Below are positions 1 to 10,175 of a stretch of DNA of 64,000 nt, one piece after another. Location: NCBI GenBank assembly GCA_947453225.1, contig CANGFV010000001.1, positions 2,737-66,736 on the forward strand. Reading direction: 5' to 3'. A model generated the notes under the pieces. That model made no database searches and was not told where the DNA came from. It worked only from the letters and a program-made list of their open reading frames with translations. Position 1 is the stretch's first letter; the number at the start of each line of letters is the position of its first letter. The DNA is from Pseudomonadota bacterium. GTDB taxonomy: Bacteria > Pseudomonadota > Gammaproteobacteria > Steroidobacterales > Steroidobacteraceae. The translations under genes and the position numbers were made by a program.

Positions 1-1
1 G

Positions 2-1630
2 GTCATTCTACATTTATACGAACAATATGGAGATGATTTCCTCAACCATATTAATGGGATGTATTCTTTAGCATTGTGGGATAAAAAACGTAAGCGTTTG
101 GTCATTGCTCGTGATCGACTTGGACAAAAGCCGCTCTATTATCATTTTCTAAATGGTCGTCTAGCTTTCGGCTCAGAGTTGAAGTCGCTGCTTAAGTTGT
201 CTTTCGTCAGCGCCGAAGTTAATTCATCCTCTCTTGGTGATTATCTAGCCATGGGATATGCCTCTGCGCCGAATACTTTGTTAAATGGAATTAAAAAACT
301 ACCCCCTGCATCAAAATTAGTATGGGAGCATGGACGGATTTATATTAGTTCATATTGGCAATTTCCTAGTAAGGTTCAGACCGGTTTAGATAAGGACGAG
401 TGGGCAACGGGTATCCGTGGAGAGTTGGAGCGTGCAGTTAAGGATCATATGATTAGCGATGTACCAATTGGTGCATTTCTTAGCGGTGGCATAGATTCAA
501 GTGCAATCGTGGCATTGATGACTAGATACAGTGCCCGGCCAGTTAATACATACTCGATTGGCTATTTGGGTGGTTCTACTGAGAGTTATTACAATGAGTT
601 GACCTACGCTAAAAAACTGGCCCAGCAATTTGGTACTAATCATACGGAAATAACAGTCAAGCCTCAGACGGCACGTCTGCTTCCAAAACTATTGTGGCAT
701 ATTGAAGAACCCATTTCCGATAGTGCAATGCTGACGACTTTTCTAGTATCCGAGCTTGCGTCTAAGAGCGTAAAGGTCATTCTTTCTGGTGTTGGAGGTG
801 ATGAGCTTTTCGCTGGCTATAGGCGATATTTAGGTGGTCACTACAATCATTATTTACAGCATATTCCTTACTGGCTTCGTAGAAAAATTTTATCTCCGAT
901 CGCGTCTATGTTACCTAGCGGTAGGCAGAATAAACTAATGGACTTATCTCGCTATGCTCGTAGGTTTCTCCAAGCTTCTGAGCACGATTGGCGTGCTCAA
1001 TATCGAATGTATTCTGAAATCACTGGGCGCGATCAGGTTCGGCAGCTAATGCTTTATGACTATTTGCAGCCAGATCGATTTGATGCTGTATTAGGTGAGG
1101 AACAATCTGAAGACGAGCTATTGCGACTGCTGAGGATAGATGCAAATACGCAATTACCTGAGGATCTGCTTTTACTGACTGACAAAATTACCATGGCTAC
1201 CTCAATTGAGTGCCGAGCGCCGTTCCTTGATCATAGGTTAGTAGAAATGGCGGCAGGAATTCCCGCTGCACTCAAGATGCCAAATGGGGAGCTTAAGTCC
1301 TTGCTAAAGTCTTCTTTGGAAGGAGTCTTGCCGCATGAAGTACTGTATCGAAGAAAGCGCGGTTTTGGTGCTCCAATAGGGGCTTGGCTAAAAAACGAGT
1401 TATTGCCAATACGTAATGCCCTTCTTAGCAAATCCGTGGTTGAGTCACGTGGTTTGCTTAATTGGCGGAGTGTACAGAGTGTGATATCTCAGCATGATTC
1501 AAATAGGGAAGACTATTCTGATTTATTGTTTTTGATGCTCAATCTCGAGTTATGGTGTCGTATGTTCTTAGATGGGCGTTCATACGAAGATCTTGGGACT
1601 GAGATGATGGATTTGGCTGGAGCTCAGTGA
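2..1630 (+). CDS. Asparagine synthase (glutamine-hydrolysing) family amidotransferase; 5' end truncated by the window edge
   Basis: The frame is open from base 2 (VILHLYEQYGDDFLNHINGMYSLALWD, a typical AsnB glutaminase-domain segment). PP-loop SGGIDSS is present, and the C-terminal region is AsnB-like (KITMATSIECRAPFLD, KRGFGAP). It lies in an EPS locus. Confidence 0.9.
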   Translation, partial: VILHLYEQYGDDFLNHINGMYSLALWDKKRKRLVIARDRLGQKPLYYHFLNGRLAFGSELKSLLKLSFVSAEVNSSSLGDYLAMGYASAPNTLLNGIKKLPPASKLVWEHGRIYISSYWQFPSKVQTGLDKDEWATGIRGELERAVKDHMISDVPIGAFLSGGIDSSAIVALMTRYSARPVNTYSIGYLGGSTESYYNELTYAKKLAQQFGTNHTEITVKPQTARLLPKLLWHIEEPISDSAMLTTFLVSELASKSVKVILSGVGGDELFAGYRRYLGGHYNHYLQHIPYWLRRKILSPIASMLPSGRQNKLMDLSRYARRFLQASEHDWRAQYRMYSEITGRDQVRQLMLYDYLQPDRFDAVLGEEQSEDELLRLLRIDANTQLPEDLLLLTDKITMATSIECRAPFLDHRLVEMAAGIPAALKMPNGELKSLLKSSLEGVLPHEVLYRRKRGFGAPIGAWLKNELLPIRNALLSKSVVESRGLLNWRSVQSVISQHDSNREDYSDLLFLMLNLELWCRMFLDGRSYEDLGTEMMDLAGAQ

Positions 1631-2781
1631 TAAATAGGGATCGGCCATTGATAGCTCATATTCTATTCCGGCTTGATTATGGCGGAATGGAAAATGGTAT
1701 TGTTAATCTTGTCAACGAATTGCCACATGAACAGTTCCGGCATGTTGTTGTTGCTCTCTCTGAGGCAACTAAATTCAGAGAGAGGATTACACGCAGTGAT
1801 GTTGAGGTCTATGCCCTGCATAAACAGGCCGGTAAAGACTTTTTAGCCTACTGGCGTTTGTATAAGTTGTTAAGACAATTAAAGCCTGATTTAGTGCACA
1901 CTAGGAATATAGGTACTTTGGATTGCGCCGTTATTGCTTGGTTGGCTGGGGTGCCAATTCGTGTTCATGGTGAACATGGCTGGGATGTTCATGATCCTGA
2001 TGGCACTAGTCTAAAGTATATCTGGGTCAGAAGGCTTATTAACCGATTTGTATCACGCTTCATTGCTGTCTCGCAGGATTTGCAAAGCTATCTTGTACAG
2101 GTTGTAGGAATTAATCCTCAAAAAACCATCCATATTTATAATGGTGTTGATACAAAAAAGTTTGTACCCCGTCAAAATGGCATGGCATCAGTGCTTCCTG
2201 CTGGCATATTCCCTATTGGATGTGTGGTCATTGGCAGTGTAACCCGTTTTAATGAGATTAAAGACCCTCTAAACTTGGTGCAGGCATTTATCAGTCTACG
2301 TCGTGACTTGCGTAAGCAGCATGTAAATGTACGCTTATTGATGATTGGCGATGGGCCGCTTCATTCTTTGGCCTTGAATTTACTTCAAGAGGCAGGAGAA
2401 GCTGATGCGGCATGGTTGCCGGGCAGTCGAGATGATATTCCATCATTATTGAAAGAAATGGATGTGTTTGTATTAGGCTCATTAAAAGAAGGGATTTCTA
2501 ATACTCTGCTAGAGTCAATGGCGACTGGTATACCATTGGTGGCAACATTGACTGGAGGAAACATCAATTTGATTGAATCTGGAGTGATGGGGATGTTAGT
2601 GCCAGTTGGTAACCCGCAGGCATTGGCTGATGCATTGCTGTCTTATGTGAAGGATGCTGAATTGAGGCAACGCCATGGCGCCGCGGCACGAGCTCGTGCT
2701 GAGAGCCGCTATTCTTTAGCGAATATGCTGGACGGCTACTCGAATTTATACAGCTCATTGATGCAACGGAAACAGGGGTAA
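1627..2781 (+). CDS. GT4 glycosyltransferase, resembling the PEP-CTERM/EpsH1-system-associated sugar transferase family
   Basis: N-terminus IAHILFRLDYGGMENGIVNLVNEL and the GT-B C-terminal block (GSLKEGISNTLLESMATGIPLVAT). A 4-nt overlap with the upstream gene suggests translational coupling. Confidence 0.85.
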   Translation: MINRDRPLIAHILFRLDYGGMENGIVNLVNELPHEQFRHVVVALSEATKFRERITRSDVEVYALHKQAGKDFLAYWRLYKLLRQLKPDLVHTRNIGTLDCAVIAWLAGVPIRVHGEHGWDVHDPDGTSLKYIWVRRLINRFVSRFIAVSQDLQSYLVQVVGINPQKTIHIYNGVDTKKFVPRQNGMASVLPAGIFPIGCVVIGSVTRFNEIKDPLNLVQAFISLRRDLRKQHVNVRLLMIGDGPLHSLALNLLQEAGEADAAWLPGSRDDIPSLLKEMDVFVLGSLKEGISNTLLESMATGIPLVATLTGGNINLIESGVMGMLVPVGNPQALADALLSYVKDAELRQRHGAAARARAESRYSLANMLDGYSNLYSSLMQRKQG

Positions 2782-2785
2782 GACG

Positions 2786-4681
2786 ATGTGCGGTATTACG
2801 GGCCTGGTTGATCTACGCTCTGAACGTCAAGTTAGTGAGCAATTGTTGCGTGCTATGAACGATTCATTGTTTCACCGAGGCCCCGATGGAGAGGGGTTTC
2901 ATCTCGAACCGGGTGTTGGTTTTGGTCATCGCCGTCTATCCATTATCGATCTTGAGGGTGGAAAACAGCCGCTTTATAACGAAGATCAATCGGTTGTGGT
3001 GACCTTCAATGGAGAAATATTTAATTTCATAGAGGTTGAAAAAGAACTGCTGAGCCGGGGGCATATCTTTCGCACTCGATGTGATACCGAGGTTATTGTC
3101 CATGCCTGGGAAGAATGGGGCGTGGAATGTTTGAAGCGATTTAATGGGATGTTCTCGTTCGCGATTTGGGATCGAAATAAACGCACTCTATTTATCGCGC
3201 GCGATCGTCTGGGCGTTAAACCTTTGTTTTATGCTGAGGTGGATGGTTGGTTAGTATTCGGATCAGAGCTTAAGGCAGTACTAAAACATCCTAATGTTTC
3301 TCGCGATATCGATCCAACTGCCGTAGAAGACTATTTTACTTTTGGTTACGTTCCTGACCCAAAAACAATATACCGGAATATCAAAAAGCTAGAACCCGGC
3401 ACGTATATTTGTCTGCAGCGTGGGCGGCCTATAAAAGTAAATCGTTATTGGGATGTTCCGCTGATGGAAAAGCGTCAAGCTGGTGTTGATTTTTTTGGTA
3501 TACAACAAGAGTTGCGAGATCGTCTCAAAGAATCAGTACGAAAACGTATGGTTGCCGATGTGCCTCTGGGTGCATTCTTATCTGGTGGAATTGACTCAAG
3601 CGCAGTTGTAGCCATGATGCGTGAATTGGGTAACAACAAGATTCTTACCTGCTCAATTGGGTTTAAAGAAGCACAGTATGATGAATCTTTATACGCAAAA
3701 ATGGTTGCCGACGTAAAGCATACTGATCATAAGGCTGAGACTGTTGATTCGTCAGACTACAGTCTGTTAGATAAGCTTGTGGGTATATACGACGAGCCTT
3801 ATGCTGATAGCTCAGCCATTCCTACCTATCGGGTCTGCGAACTTGCTCGCAAGTACGTGACGGTTGCATTGTCTGGTGATGGTGGAGATGAGAGCTTTAT
3901 TGGATATCGTCGCTACCGCTTGATGGCCATGGAGGAATCGCTTCGATCTAAAGTCCCATTAGCGTTGCGGCAAGCAATATTCGGACCTTTAGGTCGCTGG
4001 TACCCAAAGCTTGATTGGGCGCCGCGAATGTTTCGTGCAAAAACAACGCTTCAGGCATTGGCGCGGACTACCGTAGATGCCTATCTACATGGAATTTCCT
4101 TGTCATCAGATGAGATGCGAGGCAGGCTTTTCTCGGCACAGTTCAAGCGTCAGTTGCAGGGATATAGTTCCCGCGAAGTTTTCCACGATCATGTTAAGGA
4201 CAAAACTTTTGAAGATGGGTTGTCTATGGCTCAATACTTAGACTTCAAGACCTATCTGCCTGGTGATATTTTGACTAAGGTAGATCGCGCAAGCATGGCT
4301 CATAGCTTAGAGGTACGCACTCCGTTTCTCGATTATGAGTTTGTCGAGTGGGCGTCTAGTTTGCCGACCGATCTGAAGTTACATCATGGTACCGGTAAGT
4401 ATGTGCTGAAGGAATCGTTGAGAAAGATATTACCCAACGAGGTCTTGTTTCGTAAGAAAATGGGATTTTCGGTGCCAATCGATGTATGGTTTCGAGGGTC
4501 GCTCAATGAGCATATTCGTAAAGCTATGCAGGCGCCGCATTTAAGGGATAGTAGTATTTTTGATGCTAATTATTTGGATCTGATTTTAAGGCAGCATGTA
4601 AGTGGTCAGCGTAATCATAGTGCCGCTCTTTGGTCTTTGTTGATGTTTGAAGGCTTTATGCGTAGTCAGGCCGTCGCATAA
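2786..4681 (+). CDS. Asparagine synthase (glutamine-hydrolysing); exosortase-A-system-type amidotransferase
   Basis: MCGITG N-terminal nucleophile Cys2, PP-loop SGGIDSS, 631 aa, full AsnB architecture. Confidence 0.95.
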   Translation: MCGITGLVDLRSERQVSEQLLRAMNDSLFHRGPDGEGFHLEPGVGFGHRRLSIIDLEGGKQPLYNEDQSVVVTFNGEIFNFIEVEKELLSRGHIFRTRCDTEVIVHAWEEWGVECLKRFNGMFSFAIWDRNKRTLFIARDRLGVKPLFYAEVDGWLVFGSELKAVLKHPNVSRDIDPTAVEDYFTFGYVPDPKTIYRNIKKLEPGTYICLQRGRPIKVNRYWDVPLMEKRQAGVDFFGIQQELRDRLKESVRKRMVADVPLGAFLSGGIDSSAVVAMMRELGNNKILTCSIGFKEAQYDESLYAKMVADVKHTDHKAETVDSSDYSLLDKLVGIYDEPYADSSAIPTYRVCELARKYVTVALSGDGGDESFIGYRRYRLMAMEESLRSKVPLALRQAIFGPLGRWYPKLDWAPRMFRAKTTLQALARTTVDAYLHGISLSSDEMRGRLFSAQFKRQLQGYSSREVFHDHVKDKTFEDGLSMAQYLDFKTYLPGDILTKVDRASMAHSLEVRTPFLDYEFVEWASSLPTDLKLHHGTGKYVLKESLRKILPNEVLFRKKMGFSVPIDVWFRGSLNEHIRKAMQAPHLRDSSIFDANYLDLILRQHVSGQRNHSAALWSLLMFEGFMRSQAVA

Positions 4682-4689
4682 ATTTATCT

Positions 4690-5883
4690 ATGATTCGTTT
4701 GCTCACATTCACAAATTTATATCCAGATCCCGTGAGGCCGCGGCATGGGATTTTCGTTGAGCATCGTCTGCGGAAATTGGTTGCAACAGGCAAGGTTGAG
4801 GCACAGGTTGTTTGCCCAGTACCATGGTGCCCATTGCCTCTAAATAAAAAATGTACGCAATACCGAATACATGATGTTCCATTGAAGGAAGTGCGTGACG
4901 GAATTGTGGTTCATCGTCCACGCTACTGGGTTGTACCGGGTATCACTAGTGCCATTAATCCGTGGAGTATGGCACGTGTCGGTATGGCGATGATCAAAAA
5001 TATCGTCCGCGAAGGATATGACTTTGATGTAATAGACGCGCAGTATGTTTATCCAGATGGTATTGCAGGCGCATTGATCGCCGCCAAATTGGGTAAGCCA
5101 GTTACATTCACAGCCAGGGGTTCAGATGTGAATGTGGCATTACGGCAGGGTATACCTACAAGATGGTTTAGGCATGTGCAGCAGCAAGTTGCAGCATTTA
5201 TTAGTGTTTCTGAGGCGCTTAAAAGTGGGCTGATAAATGCAGGTGCTGATCCAGTGCGTGTACACGTTATTCGTAATGGTGTCGATCTTGAGTTATTTAG
5301 TGAGCGTGACAGGCTATACGTAAAGCAGCGTCTACAGATAAATAAAAAAACAATTCTGTCTGTGGGTAATCTAATTTATGAAAAAGGCCATCATTTGGTG
5401 ATACAGGCTATGACTCAATTACCGCAAGTGGAGTTGATAATCATTGGTAGCGGTATACAGTTGTCATTCCTTCAAAGCTTGGCTATGCGGCTTAATGTTG
5501 CTGATCGTATTCGTTGGGTTTCGCATGTGAACCAATCACAGCTTGCTGAATTCTATTCGGCAGCAGAGGTTACTGTTCTGGCTTCTAGTAGGGAGGGGAT
5601 GCCGAATGTATTGCTGGAGAGTCTTGCTTGCGGCACGCCTGTTGTAGCCACCGATGTCGGGGGGAGTGCGGAGATTGTTGCAGATGCAGCTGCGGGTTTA
5701 TTGATTCAGGAGCATAGTGCCACCGCTATTGCTAAGGCTGTAAAAAAGTTGCTGGACTATCCCTTGGAGCGTGCTGCCACGCGTGCTTATGCACTGCGCT
5801 TCAGTTGGCATAACCCTATTACTCAGCAGGTGGCTTTACTTGAGCAAGTAGTTGCTGAACATAAATTAAAAAGGGCTGGATAA
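4690..5883 (+). CDS. GT4 glycosyltransferase
   Basis: GT-B fold hallmarks: C-terminal SSREGMPNVLLESLACGTPVVATDVGG (EX7E-type block). About 400 aa. Confidence 0.85.
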   Translation: MIRLLTFTNLYPDPVRPRHGIFVEHRLRKLVATGKVEAQVVCPVPWCPLPLNKKCTQYRIHDVPLKEVRDGIVVHRPRYWVVPGITSAINPWSMARVGMAMIKNIVREGYDFDVIDAQYVYPDGIAGALIAAKLGKPVTFTARGSDVNVALRQGIPTRWFRHVQQQVAAFISVSEALKSGLINAGADPVRVHVIRNGVDLELFSERDRLYVKQRLQINKKTILSVGNLIYEKGHHLVIQAMTQLPQVELIIIGSGIQLSFLQSLAMRLNVADRIRWVSHVNQSQLAEFYSAAEVTVLASSREGMPNVLLESLACGTPVVATDVGGSAEIVADAAAGLLIQEHSATAIAKAVKKLLDYPLERAATRAYALRFSWHNPITQQVALLEQVVAEHKLKRAG

Positions 5884-5899
5884 TCTCCTGAGTATATCC

Positions 5900-7102
5900 A
5901 TGCGTATTCTGCACATTTTTGATCATTCTCTACCGGTACAAAGCGGTTATTCATTCCGCAGTGCTGCCATTCTGCGCGAGCAGGCCGCGCGAGGCTGGCA
6001 GACATTTCAAATAACCAGTAGTAAGCAGGGCGAATTCATTCAAGAAATGGAGCGCGCTAGTGGGTTAGACTTTTACCGAACGCCACTCTTGAAGTCATCC
6101 ATTTTTGATCACCCAGCATTAGATCAGATAAATGTCGTTCGCTCGCTACGTCGAAGACTGCGTAAGGTGATTAAGGAGACTCGTCCAAATATATTGCATG
6201 CTCATTCTCCATGCCTAACTGGGTTGGCGGCGCTTGGCTTGGGTGTGCCGCTAGTATACGAGATGCGTTCGTCATGGGAAGATGCAGCCGTATGTAATGG
6301 ACAGACTACTGAAGGTAGTCTTCGTTATCGTTTATCCAGAGGTCTGGAAACTTATCTGTTAAGAAGAGCCAATGCTGTGACCACCATATGCGAGGGGCTA
6401 CGTTTGGATATATGTGAACGTGGTGTACCTCCTGATATCATCACAGTAATTCCTAATGCGGTTGATATTGAAAGATTTTCAAAACCATTACCTTTGAGTG
6501 AGAGCATTCGTGCCCGCTATGGTTTGCAGGGTAAGGCAGTATTAGGATTTGTAGGTTCATTCTATGCCTGGGAAGGATTATCCTTATTAGTTGAGGCGCT
6601 AGCATTATTATTAAAGCAGCGAGATGACGTTATGCTTTTGCTCGTAGGCTCAGGGCCTGACGAGAGTGCAATTAGAACTACGATCGACCGTATGAACTTA
6701 AATGATAAAGTTATCTTGACTGGTCAGGTCAAACAAGCTGAAGTGGATGCTTTGTATTCTGCTGTGGATGTTCTGGTCTATCCGCGCCTGCCTATGCGTC
6801 TGACTGATATGGTGACCCCACTTAAGCCGCTAGAAGCGATGGCACTCTCGAAGGTATTTATCGCTTCTGATGTAGGCGGGCATCGCGAGCTGGTGACTCA
6901 CGAAAAAACTGGAATACTATTCAAGGCAGGTGATGCGCATGCATTGGCTCAGGCCGCTGCTCGCTTATTAAGTGACGCTACATTATCTCAACACTTGGTC
7001 TCGGCTGGCTTATCCTTCGTTCGTGAAGAAAGAACCTGGGCTAAATCAGTCGCGGGTTACGAGCGGGTTTACACTAATCTGTTGCAATTGGGGCAACTCT
7101 AA
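5900..7102 (+). CDS. GT4 glycosyltransferase, resembling the PEP-CTERM/exosortase-A-associated (Daro_2409-like) family
   Basis: N-terminus MRILHIFDHSLPVQSGYSFRSAAILREQAARGW, plus a C-terminal GT-B nucleotide-sugar-binding block (PLKPLEAMALSKVFIASDVGGHRE). Confidence 0.85.
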   Translation: MRILHIFDHSLPVQSGYSFRSAAILREQAARGWQTFQITSSKQGEFIQEMERASGLDFYRTPLLKSSIFDHPALDQINVVRSLRRRLRKVIKETRPNILHAHSPCLTGLAALGLGVPLVYEMRSSWEDAAVCNGQTTEGSLRYRLSRGLETYLLRRANAVTTICEGLRLDICERGVPPDIITVIPNAVDIERFSKPLPLSESIRARYGLQGKAVLGFVGSFYAWEGLSLLVEALALLLKQRDDVMLLLVGSGPDESAIRTTIDRMNLNDKVILTGQVKQAEVDALYSAVDVLVYPRLPMRLTDMVTPLKPLEAMALSKVFIASDVGGHRELVTHEKTGILFKAGDAHALAQAAARLLSDATLSQHLVSAGLSFVREERTWAKSVAGYERVYTNLLQLGQL

Positions 7103-7112
7103 TGGGGCTAGT

Positions 7113-8099
7113 ATGCGGCCATTACCATTGATTAGTCGGTTGGGCTTTAGGGCTGTGGCAAGTCTATTATCCCCTGCCGGTAAGCGGGCATCATTACTAG
7201 TGCTTACCTATCATCGAGTTCTAGCAGAGCCTGATCCATTATTGCCTGATGAGCCGGACGTGGTTCGCTTTTCTGCGCAGATGAACCTGCTGTCATCTCT
7301 GTTCAATGTATTGCCTTTAAGCGAAGCGGTTCAGCGCCTTAAAATGAATTCTTTACCAGAGCGCGCTGTCTGCATTACTTTTGATGATGGCTACGCTAAT
7401 AACCTTGAGTTTGCCCTACCAATCCTTAAGGCGCGTAAGCTTCCGGCAACAGTATTTGTCTCCACTGGTTTTATAGGTGGAGGAATCATGTGGAATGACA
7501 TGATTATTGAGGTGATACGTGCTACAAAAAATGAGCTGGATCTTGGTCATCTAAATCTAGGAGTATATTCACTGGCAGATAATCAGCATCGTCGTGACGC
7601 CATTAATAAGTTGATTAACAAACTTAAGTATCTAAATACTGATGAACGCCTTCAAGCTGTAAGGAAAATCGTCGACCATACTGGTGCGAATATAAAAAAA
7701 GATATAATGATGTCTGAGTTGCAACTAAAAGAATTACATCATGCGGGTATCGAATTAGGTGCTCATACTGTTAATCATCCAATACTTTCAAGGCTGGAGG
7801 ATACTCAGGCGATTAATGAGATAAAAAATAGCAAGGGAGTTCTCGAGGAGATAACTGGAGAATTTATTAGTTGCTTTGCGTATCCCAACGGTCGTCCTGG
7901 TCAAGATTATGAAGCCCGTCATGTGCGTATGGTGAATGACTGCGGATTTTCATATGCTGTTTCCACAGCGTGGGGAGCTGTTCAAAAAAATGCTGATGTG
8001 CTCCAACTGCCTCGTATTGCACCTTGGGATCAGGCTGCAATGCGATACGCCATAAGAATACTGAAAGCATATATCGATCCTGTTTCTGAGACTGCCTAA
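7113..8099 (+). CDS. Polysaccharide deacetylase (NodB homology domain)
   Basis: ITFDDGYANN and GAHTVNHPIL motifs. I moved the start to ATG 7113 (MRPLPLIS...), just after the upstream stop at 7102. The ORF-track start at 6972 would overlap the preceding GT by 131 nt. Confidence 0.85.
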   Translation: MRPLPLISRLGFRAVASLLSPAGKRASLLVLTYHRVLAEPDPLLPDEPDVVRFSAQMNLLSSLFNVLPLSEAVQRLKMNSLPERAVCITFDDGYANNLEFALPILKARKLPATVFVSTGFIGGGIMWNDMIIEVIRATKNELDLGHLNLGVYSLADNQHRRDAINKLINKLKYLNTDERLQAVRKIVDHTGANIKKDIMMSELQLKELHHAGIELGAHTVNHPILSRLEDTQAINEIKNSKGVLEEITGEFISCFAYPNGRPGQDYEARHVRMVNDCGFSYAVSTAWGAVQKNADVLQLPRIAPWDQAAMRYAIRILKAYIDPVSETA

Positions 8100-8165
8100 C
8101 CCTGCAACTTTTTAATGCTTTCAAAAAAAGGGAGGATTACTGTTTTAGTTCTATCCGGCTTTTTG

Positions 8166-10001
8166 TTAATTGGTGATCATAGGGCTTTTAGTATGCTTCT
8201 GCAGCCATGCTTCTAGCATGGCCAAGTCCCAAATCGCATAACCAAAGTATGAGGCGTGTCCTGCTTGATGTTCTTTGATTATGTTGTCAATAAAGTTATT
8301 CTGAATAATTTTTCGTTTCTTCAGGTCATGAAGATACGAGTAGATCATATCTTTCAAAGCTCTGTGCGTTTTTAGCCATAAGCCAAAGGGTAAGCCAAAG
8401 CCGTGTTTTGGTTTGTTGATAATCTCCGCAGGTAAGAAACCTGCCATTGCTTTCTTGTAAAACGATCTTAGCTCCATACCCTCAATTTTTTTGTTGGGTG
8501 GAATTTTAATTGATAAATCGACGACTCGTTGATCGAGCATCGGATAGCTGACTTTGACGCCTGCCAGTTCACACATGGTGCCCACTTTTCGGAGATCATT
8601 ATCCGAAAGAGTAAAGTGCCAGTCGTAGAACAGCATCTGGTGTAGCATGATGTTTGAAGGCGCTAAACGGTAGACATCATCCATTGTGCCAATGGGAGCT
8701 CTTGGGTTAATTGATTTGGCGAATTCAGGCTCGAGCATGGTTTCAGTGCCATTTCGATAGACGAAATTCCATGACTCGAGTCTCTCTGGTAGGGGAATCT
8801 TGGCCTGATCTACGTAACTTCGGAACTTTCGTAAGGGTGTAATCCCCCCGTCTGCTGGAAACATCTTTGAGAGGGGTTCAATTAAGTGGTGTCGCCATGC
8901 TGATGGGATGCGTTGATAAAGCTCAAACACGCTCTGTTTTACATAGCGTTCATTGCCTCCAAAAATTTCATCGCCACCATCTCCGGCCAGTAGGTGGTTG
9001 ATACCCTGTTCCCGGGCCCGTAGTGCGCAAAAGTAAGTGGGCACTGCAGATGAGTTTCCGAAGGGTTCGTCATAGGCTTGAGCGATTAGGGGGAATGCCG
9101 AGACGACGTCCTCAGGAGTGACGTGATATTCAAAGGGCTTGCATTTGAATTGCTTCGAGGCAATCCGTGCATAATGTAGTTCGTCATATGCATCTACACC
9201 AAACCCCATAGAGAATGTTCGGGCGGGTGTCTTACTGACTTTGGCTAGCATACCGGTCACGCTTGAGCTGTCCAGTCCACCACTTAGGAATGCACCGGTG
9301 TGTTCATCAGGTGAGCACTGTTCTACCGCGCTTTGCAGGCCTTGGTGTAGTTCGTCTTTCCAGTCTGCGAAATGGTCTTCTCCTTGCGATTCGATAAACT
9401 TTGGTTGCCAGTAGCGATGCATGGCTAATTGACCCTTTTCAAAGATAGCCATGGTGCCGGGGCGTAGTTTATGAACTCCCTCATAGATCGTATTGGGGGC
9501 AGGAATCATGTGCATGAGCAGAAAGTCGTATAAAGCTTGCTGACTTATGTTGAATTTGCGTAGGGGTGAGTGCGCCAGTGATTCAGCTGAGGTGCCAAAA
9601 CCGATGGCGCCATCACTTACGGTATAGGCCATCCGTTCGATCCCCATGCGGTCGATGGCCAGAACCACCCGGCGTTTTCTAGAGTCGATAAGGGCTAGGC
9701 TAAATCCTCCTTGAATATGGCTTAGGAAGCCATCGCCGAATCGACGATATACATAAAGCAGGGTCTCGGCAGGGGTACCATGTATCGGGTCAGCGCCGGC
9801 GTGGTTCCATTGAGCCTGACCGTTTATGATCGCCACCACGCCCGAGTCACTGGCAATGGAAGGACCCGCTACGGCGTAGCTAAATTGTGGGTCATTAAGT
9901 TTCGGGGTGATGGGCATTGATCCCAGCTCAGTGAGATACTGTTGCCAGCCCAATTGGCCTAAACCAGATCCTGTTATTCCGGCAAATCCCAATAATTTCA
10001 T
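8166..10001 (-). CDS. Asparagine-synthase-family protein lacking the N-terminal catalytic Cys
   Basis: PP-loop SGGLDSS and an AsnB synthetase domain are present (AGDGGDEIFGGNERY). The N-terminus is MKLLGFAGITGSG rather than MCG. Confidence 0.85.
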   Translation of the reverse strand: MKLLGFAGITGSGLGQLGWQQYLTELGSMPITPKLNDPQFSYAVAGPSIASDSGVVAIINGQAQWNHAGADPIHGTPAETLLYVYRRFGDGFLSHIQGGFSLALIDSRKRRVVLAIDRMGIERMAYTVSDGAIGFGTSAESLAHSPLRKFNISQQALYDFLLMHMIPAPNTIYEGVHKLRPGTMAIFEKGQLAMHRYWQPKFIESQGEDHFADWKDELHQGLQSAVEQCSPDEHTGAFLSGGLDSSSVTGMLAKVSKTPARTFSMGFGVDAYDELHYARIASKQFKCKPFEYHVTPEDVVSAFPLIAQAYDEPFGNSSAVPTYFCALRAREQGINHLLAGDGGDEIFGGNERYVKQSVFELYQRIPSAWRHHLIEPLSKMFPADGGITPLRKFRSYVDQAKIPLPERLESWNFVYRNGTETMLEPEFAKSINPRAPIGTMDDVYRLAPSNIMLHQMLFYDWHFTLSDNDLRKVGTMCELAGVKVSYPMLDQRVVDLSIKIPPNKKIEGMELRSFYKKAMAGFLPAEIINKPKHGFGLPFGLWLKTHRALKDMIYSYLHDLKKRKIIQNNFIDNIIKEHQAGHASYFGYAIWDLAMLEAWLQKHTKSPMITN

Positions 10002-10175
10002 TCCTAGAGCCTTTAGTTACACGACAGGGGCGATTAAAGCCCGACTATAATCGGTCTGAAAATGGAAAACTTTGAACTAAATCAGAGGTTAGATATGCCA
10101 TGGTCCGTTATCCTTTCCATAGTCTGCTCAATCGATTGCAAAGAAACTACCAGAAAATAGTGGAGTTTAGTCTGG

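Noticed and set aside
6972-7112. Upstream extension of the deacetylase ORF, overlapping the preceding glycosyltransferase by 131 nt.
   Set aside because: The extension lies in an alternative frame of a well-supported GT4 C-terminus. ATG 7113 follows the GT stop by 10 nt.
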